A stretch of DNA of 64,000 nucleotides from the human T2T-CHM13v2.0 reference genome, Homo sapiens, in the NCBI RefSeq assembly GCF_009914755.1, contig NC_060926.1; one strand, 5' to 3'. Shown here piece after piece: positions 1 through 13,707 of the stretch; the first letter of the stretch is position 1, and the number at the start of each line of letters is the position of its first letter. Position numbers and translations under genes: made by a program. The notes beneath the pieces were generated by a model. The model saw only the letters and a program-made list of their open reading frames with translations. It was not told the origin of the DNA and ran no database searches.

Positions 1-162
1 AGGAAAACAATTGAACTACATCAGATTTTTTAATTAATAGACCACATTTGCTTAATCCATAGATTTTATTTAAAAATTCTCTAAAATATTAAAATAAATA
101 ATTCTCACAGATTCTGTGATCCAAAAGTCAGTCTAATGAAGAATGTAATATAAAGTGGTTGA

Positions 163-764
163 ATTTCTCTGATGATCAGTGATGTTGAGCTTCTTTTCAT
201 ATGTTTGTTGGCCACATAAATGTCTTCTTTTGAGAAGTGTCTGTTCATATCCTTTGCCCACTTTTTGATGGGGTTGTTTGTTTTTTTTCTTGTAAATTTG
301 TTTAAGTTCCTTGTAAATTCCATATATTAGACCTTTGTCAGATGGGTAGATTGCAAAAATTTTCTCCCATTCTGTAGGTTTCCTGTTCACTCTGATGATG
401 GTTTCTTTCGCTGTGCTCTTCAGTTTAATGAGATCTCAGTTTTCCATTGTGGCTTTTGTTGCAATTGCTTTTGGCGTTTTTGTCATGAAGTCTTTGCCCT
501 TGCCTATGTTCTCAATGGTATTGCCTAGATTTTCTTCTAGGGTTTTTATAGTTTTGATTTTACATTTAAGTATTTAATTCATCTTGAGTTAATTTTTGTA
601 AAAGGTGCAAGTAAGTGGTCCAGTTTCAGTTTTCTGCCTATGGCTAGCCAGTTTTCCCAGCACCATTTACTGAATAGGAGATCCTTTCCCTGTTGCTTGT
701 TTTTGTCAGGTTTGTGGAAGATCAGCTGGTTGTAGATATGTGGTGTTATTTCTGAGGTCTCTGT
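163..764 (-). mobile_element. L1PA (L1PA8A-like) inverted 5' segment, ORF2 3' region
   Basis: Minus-strand ORF 133..390 gives [21 protein letters not shown], matching the L1 ORF2 C-terminal region; joins head-to-head with the + strand segment at ~765. Confidence 0.9.
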
Positions 765-1488
765 TTAGAGAAATGCAATTCAAAACCACAATGAGATACC
801 GTGTGACGCCAGTCAGAATGGCAATTATTAAAAAGTCAGGAAACAATAGATGCTGGCAAGGCTGTGGAGAAATAGGAACACTTTTACACTATTGATTGGA
901 ATGTAAATTAGTTCAACCATTGTGGAAGACAGTATGGTAATTCCTCAAGGATCTAGAACCAGGAATACCATTTGACCCAGCAATCCCATTACGGGGTATA
1001 TATCCAAAGGAATATAAATCATTCTACTATATAGACATGCACATATATGTTTATTGCAGAATTATTTACAATAGCAAAGATGGAACCAGCCCAAATGCCC
1101 ATCAATGATAGACTGGATAAAGGCAATGTGGTACATATATACCATGGAATACTATGCAGCCATGAAAAGAAATGAGATCATGTTCTTTGCAGCTGGAAGC
1201 CATCATCCTCAGCAAACTAACACAGGAATAGAAAACCAAACACCGCATGTTCTCACTCAGAAGTGGGAGTTGAGCAATGGGAACACATGAACATAGAGAG
1301 GGGAACAACACACACCACGGACTGTTGGGGGTAGGGTGCAAGGGGAGGGAACTTAGAGGATGGGTCAATAGGTGCAGCAAACCACCATGGCACACATAGA
1401 CCTATGTAACTAACCTGCACGTTCCGCATATGAATCCCGTTTTTTTTAGAAGAAATAAGAACAAAAATTAAGACTTATATATATATAA
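765..1488 (+). mobile_element. L1PA (L1PA8A-like) 3' segment with 3'UTR and A-rich tail
   Basis: agagaaatgcaattcaaaaccacaatgagatacc start; WYIYTMEYYAA motif; 3'UTR gggtcaataggtgcagcaaaccaccatggcacac; TSD taaagtggttgaatt (151-165) / taaactggttgaatt (1489-1503) encloses both segments. Confidence 0.9.
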
Positions 1489-1744
1489 TAAACTGGTTGA
1501 ATTATTAGTGTCATGTAGACATCATTTGGAAGTACAATCACAGGCTGTGGGACACAAACAGAAATTAACAAGGGAAAGTATTTTCACCTCTGTTACCTCC
1601 TTAAGTAGAGATTATTTATTCAGCCAAACACTGGTGCTAGATGCACAAAAACTGTTTATTATGTGTGAGCAGAATAAGCTTCTATCTTTTAGAGTAGAAA
1701 TATATGGATATGCTGCTTTCAAAACGATTTAATTTTTTATATTT

Positions 1745-3955
1745 TGATTTTTTAAACTGAGATAAAATACATCTAACATAAAATTTGAAAATTTAATGAT
1801 TTCAACTGTACCATTCAGTGACATTAATGACAATCACAATGTTGTACAGCCATGACCAGTATCTACTTCCAAAAATTTTCCGTTATCCCAAACAGTTATG
1901 CAGTACTCATTAAGCAACAACTTTCCATTTCTGTCTCCCTCCAGTATCTGCAACCTCTAATCTAGTTTCTATCTCTATGAATTTATAAATATTTTATATA
2001 AGTAAAATAATAAATTATTTGACCTTTTTATCTGACTTATTGAGCCCATCACAATGTTTTCAAGTTTCATTCATGTTGTAGCATATATCAAAACTTTGTT
2101 CCTTCTTGGCTAAATAATATTCTGTTATATGTATAGATCACATTCTGTTTATTCATTCTTCTGTTGATCAACACTTGGATTCTTTCCACCTTTCCGCCAT
2201 TTTGGTCATTGTGAATAATGCTGCAATAAGTATTGGTGCAAATGTTTGAGTCCTTGTTTCAATTCTTCTGAGTATAAGCCTGGAAATGTAATTGCTGGGT
2301 CATAGGATAATTTTGTTGAACTTCTTGAGGAACTGCTAAACTGTTTTTCACAGCAGCTGCACCATTTTACATTTTTCCAGCAATGTATGAGGGTTTCAAT
2401 TTCTTCACACTCACAAAAAATTATTTTCCCTTTTTGTTTATTAATATAACAAGCCTAGGATGTACAAATTGGTATCTAGTTGTACTTTTTATTTGCATTT
2501 CACTAATAACTAATGATGATGAACATCTTTTCATGTTCTTTTGGCCATTTGTATATCTTATTTGGAGAAAAGTTTATTTAATTTCTTTACCCATTTCAAA
2601 ATACGGTAGTTTGTGTGTTGTTGAGTTTAACAGTTTTTTATATAATGTGGATATTAAATTCTGATTTTAGTATATAATTTGCAAATGTTTTCTCTCATTC
2701 CGCCAGTTTTCACTTTCTTGTTAATATTGTTTGATCCACAAACATTTTTAAATTTTGATGAAGTTCAATATACATTTTTTCTTTGTATTTTGTGCTTTTG
2801 GTGTCACTTTATAATTCTCTTGCCATATCCAAGGTCAAGAAGATTAACCCCTACGTTTTCTTCTGAGAGTTTTATGCTTTCAGCTTTTGTCGTTAGGCTG
2901 TTGTTCCATTTCAATTAATTTTTACATAATGTGAGTCTAATTTTATTATTTTACATATGTAAAGCCAGTTTCTCACCACCATTTGTCAAAGATGCTATTC
3001 TTTTTCAACTAAGTAGACTTGGCACCTTGACACAAATCGACTGCTCATTCATGTATGGATTTATATCTGGACTCTCAATTCTGTTCCACTGGTCTATATG
3101 TCTATCCTTATGCCAATACAACACTTTTTTGATTATTGTAGCTTTGTAGTAGGCATCAAACCTGAGAAGTATGAGGCTTCCAACATTGTTCTTCTTTTCC
3201 AAAATTGTTTTGGTTATTGGGGGCCAATTTAAATTTCATATGAATTTAAAGATTGGCTTTTCAATTTCCTCCAATGTTTTACAGTTTTCAATGTACAAGT
3301 ATTTCACCTCCTTCATTACATTCATTATTTAGTATTTGATTCTTCTAGAGGTTATTGTAAATGGACTTGCTTTCATAATTTCATTTGGCAGATTGTTGCA
3401 TATTGATATTGTATCCTACACCTTTCCTGAATTTATTAGTAGCTCTGGAAGATTTCTTGTGGATTATTTGATGCTGTCTATGTAGAATGATGTCATTTAT
3501 AAACAGAAGTAACTTCCTAGCTAATTTGGATTTTTTTAAAATTTCTTTTAATTGTCTTATTGTTCCATTTAGCACTTCCAGTACAAAGTTGAATAAGAGT
3601 GGTCGAAAGCAGGCACCTTTGTGTTCCTGATCATAAGGAGAAACATTTTGGTCTTTCACCATCAAGTATAATGTTAGCTATGAGTTTTACATAAATAGCC
3701 TTTAATAGGTTAAGAAAATTGCCTTCTTTTCTTTGATTTTTGAATATTTTAGCATGAAAGGATGTTGATTTTTTGTCCATTGTATTTTCTACATCAAGTA
3801 AGTTGATTACGTGTTGTTTTTCTTAAGTCTATTAACATAGTGCATTATATTTATTTATTTTCTTATGTTTAACCACCCTTGAATTCCTAGGATAAATCTC
3901 ATTTGGTCATGTTAAATAATCCTTTTAATATGCTGTTTGATTAGTAAGTATTTCT
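1745..3955 (-). mobile_element. Old L1 (L1MB-like) 3' end and ORF2 fragment
   Basis: Minus ORFs give [28 protein letters not shown] and RPLLFNFVLEVL, typical of L1 ORF2; L1MB-type 3'UTR at 1750-2100. Confidence 0.85.
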
Positions 3956-4761
3956 TTGTTGATTTTTTTTTTTTTACCAATTCAATCTCTAAAAGAGCTT
4001 TATTTGCTTGGAATTCGATATTTGTTAAAATATAAGGGAATAGTTAGTGCCACCTACTGTTGCCAGACCCTATGATAAAATACAGTGTGCAAAATTGTGA
4101 AGGAAGACATGATTCTTATAATTTGTAGCTTATAGTATAGAAATTTGAGACTCTACATGTTTTTCTTTTTTATTCTTTCTTTCTCTTTTTAAGGGACCAG
4201 GGTATCATAATGTGAAGCAAAGCATCAATGAAAATGATTACAAAAAAGATGCATGACTCTGTTTTTCAATCTGAATCATTTGTATGTTTTCAGTATGTTT
4301 TCTAGGTTATACACATTGAAAAGTGACATTTATTTAAATTGAAACTTGGTTCAATTTAAATGAAATTAATGTTTCAATTTAAATGAACTTAAAAGTAGTA
4401 TAAACTCACAAATGATAGTTTCAGTGTCTTCCTGGGTTAGCCAGGGACTATCAAGGGTTAAATAAAAGTAAAATAAAATTCCCATCGATTTATCCAAGAC
4501 ATTTATATGAAGGTAGACATCATCCTTGTAACTTGTTTGATCTTTTGAATAACGCCTTATATTATTTCATAATATTTATTTGTAATTTTTGCACATATTA
4601 TTAGTAATTATTAAATGAATTAGACTTTTAAAGACAATGTATTATACAAATTAAACTATAATAAGTTTGCATGTGTTATAAATATGGAAAATTCAAGTTT
4701 ATGAAATGGATACTTTTTCTCTGTAATATTAGCTTATCTGCCACTGCTGTATCTTTGCTGG

Positions 4762-4803
4762 TACACACACATACACAAACACACACACACATACACACAC
4801 ACA
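4762..4803. repeat. (CA)n microsatellite, imperfect
   Basis: acacacacatacacaaacacacacacac seen directly. Confidence 0.9.
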
Positions 4804-5151
4804 TATTCAACTCCATACATATACTTTATTTAATTGGAAATTATATAATACATGTATCAATAATTATGTATGTCTACAAACATATTTACACATGTGTGTG
4901 TACAAATGTACACATTTATTTTCCAGAATTATATTTAGAAATTTCTTTCCCACATTTAATGTTTGATGGAAATAATGTTAACACTGGTTTGACAGAGTTG
5001 ACTGGGTATTAAATTGCAGAAACTTACTGATGAATTCTTCCACAGCACTGTAGTCTTTATATAAAAGTAATAAACATTGTTTTAATACTTTTACTTCCAG
5101 TAAATTAACTAAACAAATAAATTAGTTGGTTGGTGATTTTTTAAAAGTCTT

Positions 5152-5405
5152 AAAAAGTTTTTGTGGGTACATAGTAGGTGTATATATTTATGGGGTACAT
5201 AAGATGTTTTGATACAAGCAGGCAATGTGAACTAAGCACATTGCAGAGGGTAGGGTTTACATCCTGTCAAGCATTTATCCTTTGAGTTACAAACAATCAA
5301 ATTATATTCAAGTTATTTTAAAATATGCAATTAAGTTATTACTGACTATAGTCACCCTATTGTGCTGTCAAATAGTAAGTCTTACTCATTTTTTCTACTT
5401 TTTAG
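5152..5405 (-). mobile_element. L1MA1/2-like 3' end fragment
   Basis: tttgtgggtacatagtaggtgtatatatttatggggtaca and tgactatagtcaccctattgtgct match the L1MA 3'UTR antisense. Confidence 0.8.
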
Positions 5406-5940
5406 TACTCAAGATTGGTAAAATTTAAAAATACTACTTGGAAACGAGAGATTGTGGTACGCTCAGTATATATTTAGTTCATACCTTTTGGATATGCTAG
5501 GAAAGGAAGAAAAAAGGCAAAATATTAGTGTAAGCCCACTGAAAATAAAAGAATAACAGTGCAATCACTTTTAAGAGAGAGTATAAGAATTCTTCAAATT
5601 TCTGAATGAAGAAGATAAAATTTACTAGAGTGCTACAAGCATAGAGGTTTCACTTGGACACCCTTATTCCCCAGTAAAATATAATATTAACAAAATGCAT
5701 GAGTAAGCTTAAGAGAATTAAATTAAATCATCATGCAAAAAGCAAAATATTCAAAGGCAAACTATGTAAAACTAAAACAGGTTAAACCCAGCAAAGTGCA
5801 GTGGGTAGAGTGGTGGGAGGATCAGACATATTGCCTATGTGGATTGAGATATGTAATTTTAATCCTTCTATGCACATGTCAAATATTGTCTTTGGCCTGC
5901 ATGACATATACAGTTTAACGAGGCCACTGCATAAAACCAA

Positions 5941-6355
5941 TGATATAGTTTGAATGTGTGTCCCCTTCAAATCTGATGTTTAAATGTGATCTCCAATGTT
6001 GGGGGTGGCCTAGTGGGAGGTGTTTGGGTCATGAGGGTGGATCCTCTATGAATGGCTTGGTGCCAACCCCTTGGTAATGAGTGAGTTCTTGCTTTAGTAG
6101 TTCATATGAGAGCAAGTCGTTTAAAATGACATGGCATCTCCTCTTCTCTTTCTTGTTCCCACTCTTGCCATGTGACACGTATCCTCCCTTTCCCCTCCAC
6201 CATGATTGGATGGTTTCTGGGACTTCACCAGAAGCAGATGCTGTTGCCGTGCTTCCTGTATAGTCTGCAGAACCATGAGCCAATAAATCCTTTTTAAAAA
6301 ATAAATTGCAGAGTCTCAGGTATTTCTTCATAGCAGTGCAAAACAAACTAACACA
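5941..6355 (+). mobile_element. MST (MSTB-like) MaLR solo LTR
   Basis: Starts TGATATAGTTTGAATGTGTGTCCCC, has AATAAA at ~6282 and ends ...aactaacaCA; 415 bp. Confidence 0.85.
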
Positions 6356-6879
6356 ATAAATTCTTTGAAATGTTTGGGTCCTCCAATAAACAAACCAACC
6401 AACAAATAGTCAAAAAATCTAATTCATTTACTGGCCCAAGAGAACAGGATGTTTTGATAATTTAAAATAAAGTAAAATATATTGAATATTTAAAATACCA
6501 TAGCTAACTGAGAAAAAAAGAATAAATTACAATGACAATGTTATAAATTATTTAATACATATGTATAACTATCTACTTGTGTACAAATATATTTGCATGT
6601 TTTCTTGATGAAATCCAATTATTGTAAAGAGTGACATCACCAAGATGGTAGGGTAGGAGACACAAGCCTTGATAGCAAAATAAAAGTGAAAACAATTTGC
6701 ATATAAAAATATATTGTTTACTAGTATTTAATGGGGCGTAAATCATGAAACACTGTCACTCAGATTACAGGTTCATGTAATATCAACCTCAAATTATAGA
6801 TTGGAATGACAGTTTATAACATTGAAATGTGTCAAAGTGCCCATAAAATGAGAATATGGAAGGGAGAAACAAGCTTAAA

Positions 6880-7400
6880 GGTCAGCTGATTATATCTTCC
6901 TTCTAAAATTGAAAAACATTCCATGGTATCCATGACCAGTGTTCATCCAGGTTCAGCTGAACACTTCCTGTGACAGGAATGCACCACTCTGAGAGACAGC
7001 TCATTCCCTTGGAACTGTCCAACAGGAGCTCTAATTGTTATAGAGGCACACCACTTTGTACTGAACTGAAATCTGTCTCTGAATAATTGTCACACATAAA
7101 AGTTGTTTTTGTCATCTACAGCAACATAATTTAATCTAGCCACTATTTTCCATGACAGTACATCAGCTATCTGAAGGTATTTCTTTTGTATTTCATAAGT
7201 CTTGCCTTATGTAAGTGAAACATCTTACCTTTTCCTAATGTTTTCTCATGTCATACAGCTTCAAGACCTTTCAAACACAAGGCCAATCTTGTGTTTTATA
7301 GACTACAGCCTGTAAATACCATTCCTTAAAATGAGGCAAATAAGTCTAATAAGACATTTCCATTTAATTGGTCCAGGATAGAGTATTGTGGAGATAATAG
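6880..7400 (-). mobile_element. Ancient CR1/L3 LINE fragment
   Basis: gttcatccagg...gaacacttcctgtgacagg...agctctaattgttatag...tgaactgaaatctgtctc resembles the L3 3' region antisense. Confidence 0.6.
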
Positions 7401-8196
7401 AGATTAAGATCCAAACATTATTTTTCTTCTAATCCTGTTTTTTATTAAATTTGATTTGTTTTTCTACAAGCATATTGCATTTTCAAAATCACAGCAAATG
7501 TAGTCATTTGAGATTTTTACTGCTGTTTTCTATTAACAGTCTTTAAGCATTCCATAACTTTTAACTTTGCAGTTGTGTCTTTGAGTACAGCTAAAGAACC
7601 TTAAGTAGCAGATATGGTATATGGATCTAGCTTATAAGCACTAAGGAAGATTCATTATTTAGAATCCCAATTTTGCTAATTTGTGTAATAGCTTTCTAAT
7701 TCTCTTATAATTGTGTATGATTCATTATTTAAGTAAAAGTCCTTTCTAAAATATGTGTTCCTGTGCTCATATTTAGCTTGTGTTTTAAATCCTGTGTCTG
7801 CACTGATTTATCAGTGCTTGTATCATGCTTATAAAAATTTTTTAATTTCACTTCTGTTACATCTAAGCAATTGATTCAAAATTTTAATGTTTTCTGAATG
7901 AGACCAAGGAAATTTTCAGTAACTCGTTTCTAATGTCATCGTATAGAATTAACATCTTTGACAATCATTTGAATATTTTTCTAGTTGTATCAGCATCTAT
8001 ATAATGTTTCTCATGCATACTCTTAAATAATTAAATTTTCTCAAAGGTCTTAGTGACGAAAGAACATTTTTAACCCATTCTGCGTACATTTTTACTTCTA
8101 AAATTGATTTTTATAATAAATTTTTAAAAAGTGGACATTCTTGTAAAATTTTTATATAATGTGTCATTCTTAAGTTTTTCGAAACCTCTTGTTTAA

Positions 8197-8510
<314 letters not shown>

Positions 8511-9546
8511 TGTTTAATATAATCTTGAATCTTGCCAAACTGCTACTTGTATATCTAAACACTTATATATATGTACAGAATAAAAAATTATAAATAATAG
8601 AAATTACTCTAGTGTGGGGTTGTTTTTAACCAGTGATATTTATTTACAAATCTGTTGGTGAATTCAACCAGAAGTGGCTACGTTAGGGTATTTATGTCCA
8701 TCACTGTTTTCTTTTTATTAGCTTGGTTGTAGGTCCCTAAACTACAAAGGATATTTCTACCCTTGCTTTCCTGATGTGCATAAACAAGTGTCATGTCACA
8801 CATTTCAAAGAAGTCCTTCATGGATCATTTTATGACAATTTAGGGGCCCTGATGTTTACCAGCAGAGCCGACAAACACAGCAAACACTTTCTTTTAGGTA
8901 TAATGCCTTACTAAACAGAAACAAACAAACAAAAGAAGCAAATTCTCTCCAGAATACAATCTTATAGAATTTCTGTCATCATTAAATAATGCAGATATTT
9001 ATCTGGACTCCATAGGGTTTATGGGATGTGCTTAAACTAGGTTAATACTATAGTTTTATCCATGGGTATTATATTTGTAATTCAGTTCCTGGCCTATATA
9101 ATCTGTCAAACACTGGGTGAATTTTATGTCTTCCAGAGATTCCAAATTTCCTACGGAAATAATCTAGCTGTTTTGGGTTATGACAGAGACATAGAGTGCT
9201 CTCTCTTCCATGCTAAAATGTGAAACAACCCTCTCATTTTTATCATATACATATGGTATTATGGTATTTTCACATACATATATGCACATCTTTCACATAG
9301 AAAATTTTTCCTCTTTGAAATGGTCATTAAACCCTGATTAGTGAAATTCATGATGCAGAAGCAGACTATATTCAATGGAGTTCAATTGTTTTCTCTTTAG
9401 ACCCTCAGATTTTCTTTGCTATGTTTGATTACACATCACATTATATGCAAAAATTAACTCTAAATGGATTAAAGCTCTAATTACAAACTTTTTATAAAAA
9501 TACCTGTTTTCTGAGAATTACAGAATTCTTAGAAAAACATGCATGT

Positions 9547-9857
<311 letters not shown>

Positions 9858-10038
9858 AATGCATGTATCTTTTATTGTCATGTGTTGTTTGGCAATGGAT
9901 TCTTAGGTTATACACCAAAATTATAAGCAATAAGAAAAAAATTGAGAACTTTTGCAGTTCAAAGATAACTATCAAGAAATGTGAAAAGATAACCCACGTA
10001 AGAGGAAAAATACACAATAAATATATATATTACATATT

Positions 10039-10042
<4 letters not shown>

Positions 10043-10084
<42 letters not shown>

Positions 10085-10085
10085 G
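10043..10085. repeat. (CA)n(TA)n microsatellite
   Basis: Direct observation. Confidence 0.9.
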
Positions 10086-10253
10086 AGATAAGGGCTCGTA
10101 TCCAAAATATGTAGATAACAATTAAAAGACAAACCAATTGAAAATCAGCAAACCTTAAATAGATATTTTCCAAAGAAGATATAGAAATGTCTAGTACGCA
10201 CATGGAAAGAAGTTATTAGTTATTAGAGAAGTTCAAATTAAAATCACAATGAG

Positions 10254-10552
<299 letters not shown>

Positions 10553-11072
10553 TTACAATGAGATACTACTTCAGGCCTACTAGAATGTCAGTAATAAAAA
10601 AGATAGACAATAAGGGACTATGCTGAGAAGATGCAAACTTCATATATATCTGATGGAAATGTAAAATAGTGCCACCACTTTACATACAATTTGGCAAATT
10701 CTTAATGAGTTACACAAAATGTACTACATGCCCCAGCAATTCTAACTCTAGGTATCTATGAAGAGAACTTTAAACATATCTCTGCCTGAAGATTTGTACA
10801 TAAATGTCTATAGGAGAATTTCTTCAAAATAGCCAAAAAGTGGAAACAATTCAAAGGTGCATTCACTAGTACCTGGACAAACACAATCACACATGATTTC
10901 ATTTACAGAAACTGTCATTAAAAGGCAAATATTTAATAACAGAAATTAGATTGAAACTACTGGTTATGAAGAACTGGGGTAATAATAGGGGAATTGCTGC
11001 AAATGTGCATTAGGAATCTTTTTGAAACTCTAAAACAGGATTTTGGCAGTGGTTACATAACTATAAATCTAC

Positions 11073-12120
11073 TGTTGTGGGAAGTCAGGGACCCCAAATA
11101 GAGGGACCAGCTGGAACTGCAGCAGAAGAACATAAATTGTGAAGATTTCATGGACATTTATCAGTTCCTAAAATTAATACTTTTATAATTTCTTATGCCT
11201 GTCTTTACTGCAATCTCTGAATATAAATTGTGAAGATTTCATGGACATTTATCACTTCCCTAATAATATTCTTATAATTTCTTATGCCTGTCTTTAATCT
11301 CTTAATCCCATTATCTTCATAAGCTGAGAATGTACGTCACCTCAGGACCACTATTGTACAAATTGATTGTAAAACATGTGTGTTTGAACAATATGAAATC
11401 AGTGCACCTTGAAAAAGACCAGAATAACAACGATTTTCAGGGAACAAGGGAAGATAACCATGAGGTCTTACTGCCTGCGGGGTCAGGCAGAATAGAGCCA
11501 TGTTTTTCTTCTTGCAGAGAGCCTATAAAAGGACGTGCAAGTAAGAGAGATATCGCTGAATTCCTTTCCCAGCAAGGAATACCCTGGGGAAGGAATGCAT
11601 TCCTGGGCGGAGGTCTATAAATGGCTGCTCTGGGAGTGTCTGTCTTATGCGGTTGAGATAAGGACTGAAATATGCCCTGGTCTCCTGCTGTACCCTCAGG
11701 CTTACTAAGATTGGGAAATTCCAGCCTGGTAAATTTTGGTCAGACCAGTTCTCTGCTCTCAAACCCTGTTTTCTGTTAAGATGTTTATCAAGACAATACA
11801 TGCACAGAGGGACATGAACCCTCATCAGCAATTCTAATTTTGCGCTTTGCCTTGTGATCTTTATTGCCCTTTGAAGCATGTGGTCTTTGTGACTTACTCC
11901 CTGTTCGTACACCCCCTACCCTTTTAAAATCCCTAATAAAAACTTCCTGGTTTTGCAGCTTGGGGACATCACAGACCTACTGATATGTGATGTCACCGCT
12001 GGAGGCCCAGCTGTAAAATTCCTCTCTTTGTACTCTTTCTCTTTATTTCTCAGACTGGCCAACACTTAGGGAAAATAGAAAGAACGTACATTGAAATATT
12101 GGGGGCTGGTTCCACCGATA
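11073..12120 (+). mobile_element. MER11 solo LTR (HERV-K11/HML-8)
   Basis: Starts tgttgtgggaagtcagggacccc, ends gggggctggttccaccgata; perfect 6-bp TSD ATCTAC (11067-11072 / 12121-12126); TATA boxes at 11524 and 11616; AATAAA at 11935. Confidence 0.92.
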
Positions 12121-12139
12121 ATCTACTAAAGGTTTTTAC

Positions 12140-13387
12140 CTTTGAGAAAGCCAACAAGAACATATATTGGGGAAAGCATAGCCTTTTCAATAAACATTGC
12201 CGGAAAAATTGGATTGCCATATGCAGAAGAATAAAACTTGACCTGTTTCTCCCACCATATACAAAAATCAACTCAAGATGGATTCAATACTCAAATGAAA
12301 GACTGAAACCATAATAAAACCAGAAGGAAACCTAGGGGGAAATCTTCTGGACATTGGTCTAGGCAAATAATTTATGACTAAAACCTCAAATGTACAGGCA
12401 ACAAAAACAAACAGACAAAAGGAACTTGATTAAACTAAAATTTTTCTTCACAGCCAAAGAAATAATCAACAGAGTGAACAATCTGGAGAATGGGAGTAAT
12501 ATTTGGAAACTATTCATCCAACTGGGGACTAATATATAAAACATTCAAGGAATTTAAACAACTCAACGATAACAAGAAATAATCCCATTTAAAAGTGAGC
12601 AAAGGACATGAATAGACAATTTCAAAATATGGCATACAAATGGCCAAAAGGCATGTGAAAAAATGTTCAACATCACTAATCATTAGAGAAATGCAAATTG
12701 AAACCAAAATGAGACATCATCCATCTTGCACCAGTCAGAACAGCCATTATTAAAAAGACAAAAAATAACAGATGTAGGGGAAGATGTGGGAGAACTCTAT
12801 AAACTGCTGGTGAAAATGTAAATTAGCACAACCTCTATGGAAAACACTATGGCGAGTTCTCAAAGAACTAAAAGTAGAACCACCATTTGATCCAGCATTC
12901 CCACTATTGGGTACTACCCAAAAGAAAAGAAAGAAATAATAATAAAACAACCCTATAATTATATGTCTATTACAGCACTAGTCCCAATAACAAAGATATG
13001 GAATCAATCAACCTAAGTGTCCATCAATGGATGAATAGATTAAGGAAATATGCTGTATAAGTATATATGTATGTATACATATATATATATCCACACACAT
13101 TTAATGAAATACTATTCAGCTATTAAAAAAAGAGTGAAATCATATTTTTTGCAGCAACATTGATGGAACTGGAGGCCGTTATCTTAAATGAAACAAGACA
13201 GGCACAGAAAGTCAAATATAACATATTCTCATTCATAAGTGGGTGCTAAAAATGTGTACATGTGGATAGAGAGAGTGGAATGATGGACAATGGAGACTCT
13301 GAAGGGTGAGGTGGTGGGAGGGGGTGGATGAAATTAGTTAAGAGGTACAATGCATGTTATTTGGGTGATGGATACCCTAAAGGCTCT
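12140..13387 (+). mobile_element. L1PB/L1MA-like ORF2 3' end and 3'UTR, tail missing
   Basis: ORF 12099..12314 [25 protein letters not shown]...YTKINSRWI is L1 ORF2; 3'UTR gggtgatggataccctaaa. Confidence 0.85.
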
Positions 13388-13493
13388 CAGTTGTTAAGTA
13401 AATTAAAATGGATATAATTTATTCTATTTTACTTTATATTTGTTGTTCCATCAATAAATATAAAACCAGATATTTAGGGGAAACACTGTAACA

Positions 13494-13707
13494 CAGAGGT
13501 TGGCAAACTTATCCTATAAAGGAAGATAGTTAATAATTTATGCCATTTTAAACATAATACACATAATACATGGTCTCTGTCACAACTACTGTGAAAGTGG
13601 TTAGAGACAGTATGTAAACAAATGGGTGTTTGTATTTACAAAACTTGTATTTACAAAAATATTGGTAGGCCAGATATGGCCCATAGGCTGTACATTTCCA
13701 ACTGCTA
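13494..13707. mobile_element. MER58A-like hAT MITE
   Basis: cagaggttggcaaact start; ggtctctgtcacaactact and ggccagatatggcccataggctgta internal motifs; 8-bp TSD-like ctgtaaca / ctgttaca. Confidence 0.75.

Noticed and set aside
105-3665. ORFs with recognisable protein-like sequence (e.g. 133..390, 1105..1290, 3005..3202)
   Set aside because: These are frameshifted remnants of L1 ORF2, not host genes.
4194-4256. GPGYH resembling the PGPGxY repeats of ODF3/STPG proteins
   Set aside because: Only 4-5 residues match and no other exon supports it, so no gene symbol is assigned.
11132-11300. Direct repeats with spacer, superficially CRISPR-like
   Set aside because: A two-unit tandem duplication intrinsic to the MER11 LTR in eukaryotic DNA; no cas genes.
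11330-11912. Longest ORFs in the track (96 and 129 aa)
   Set aside because: They lie wholly inside the MER11 LTR and show no protein-family features.
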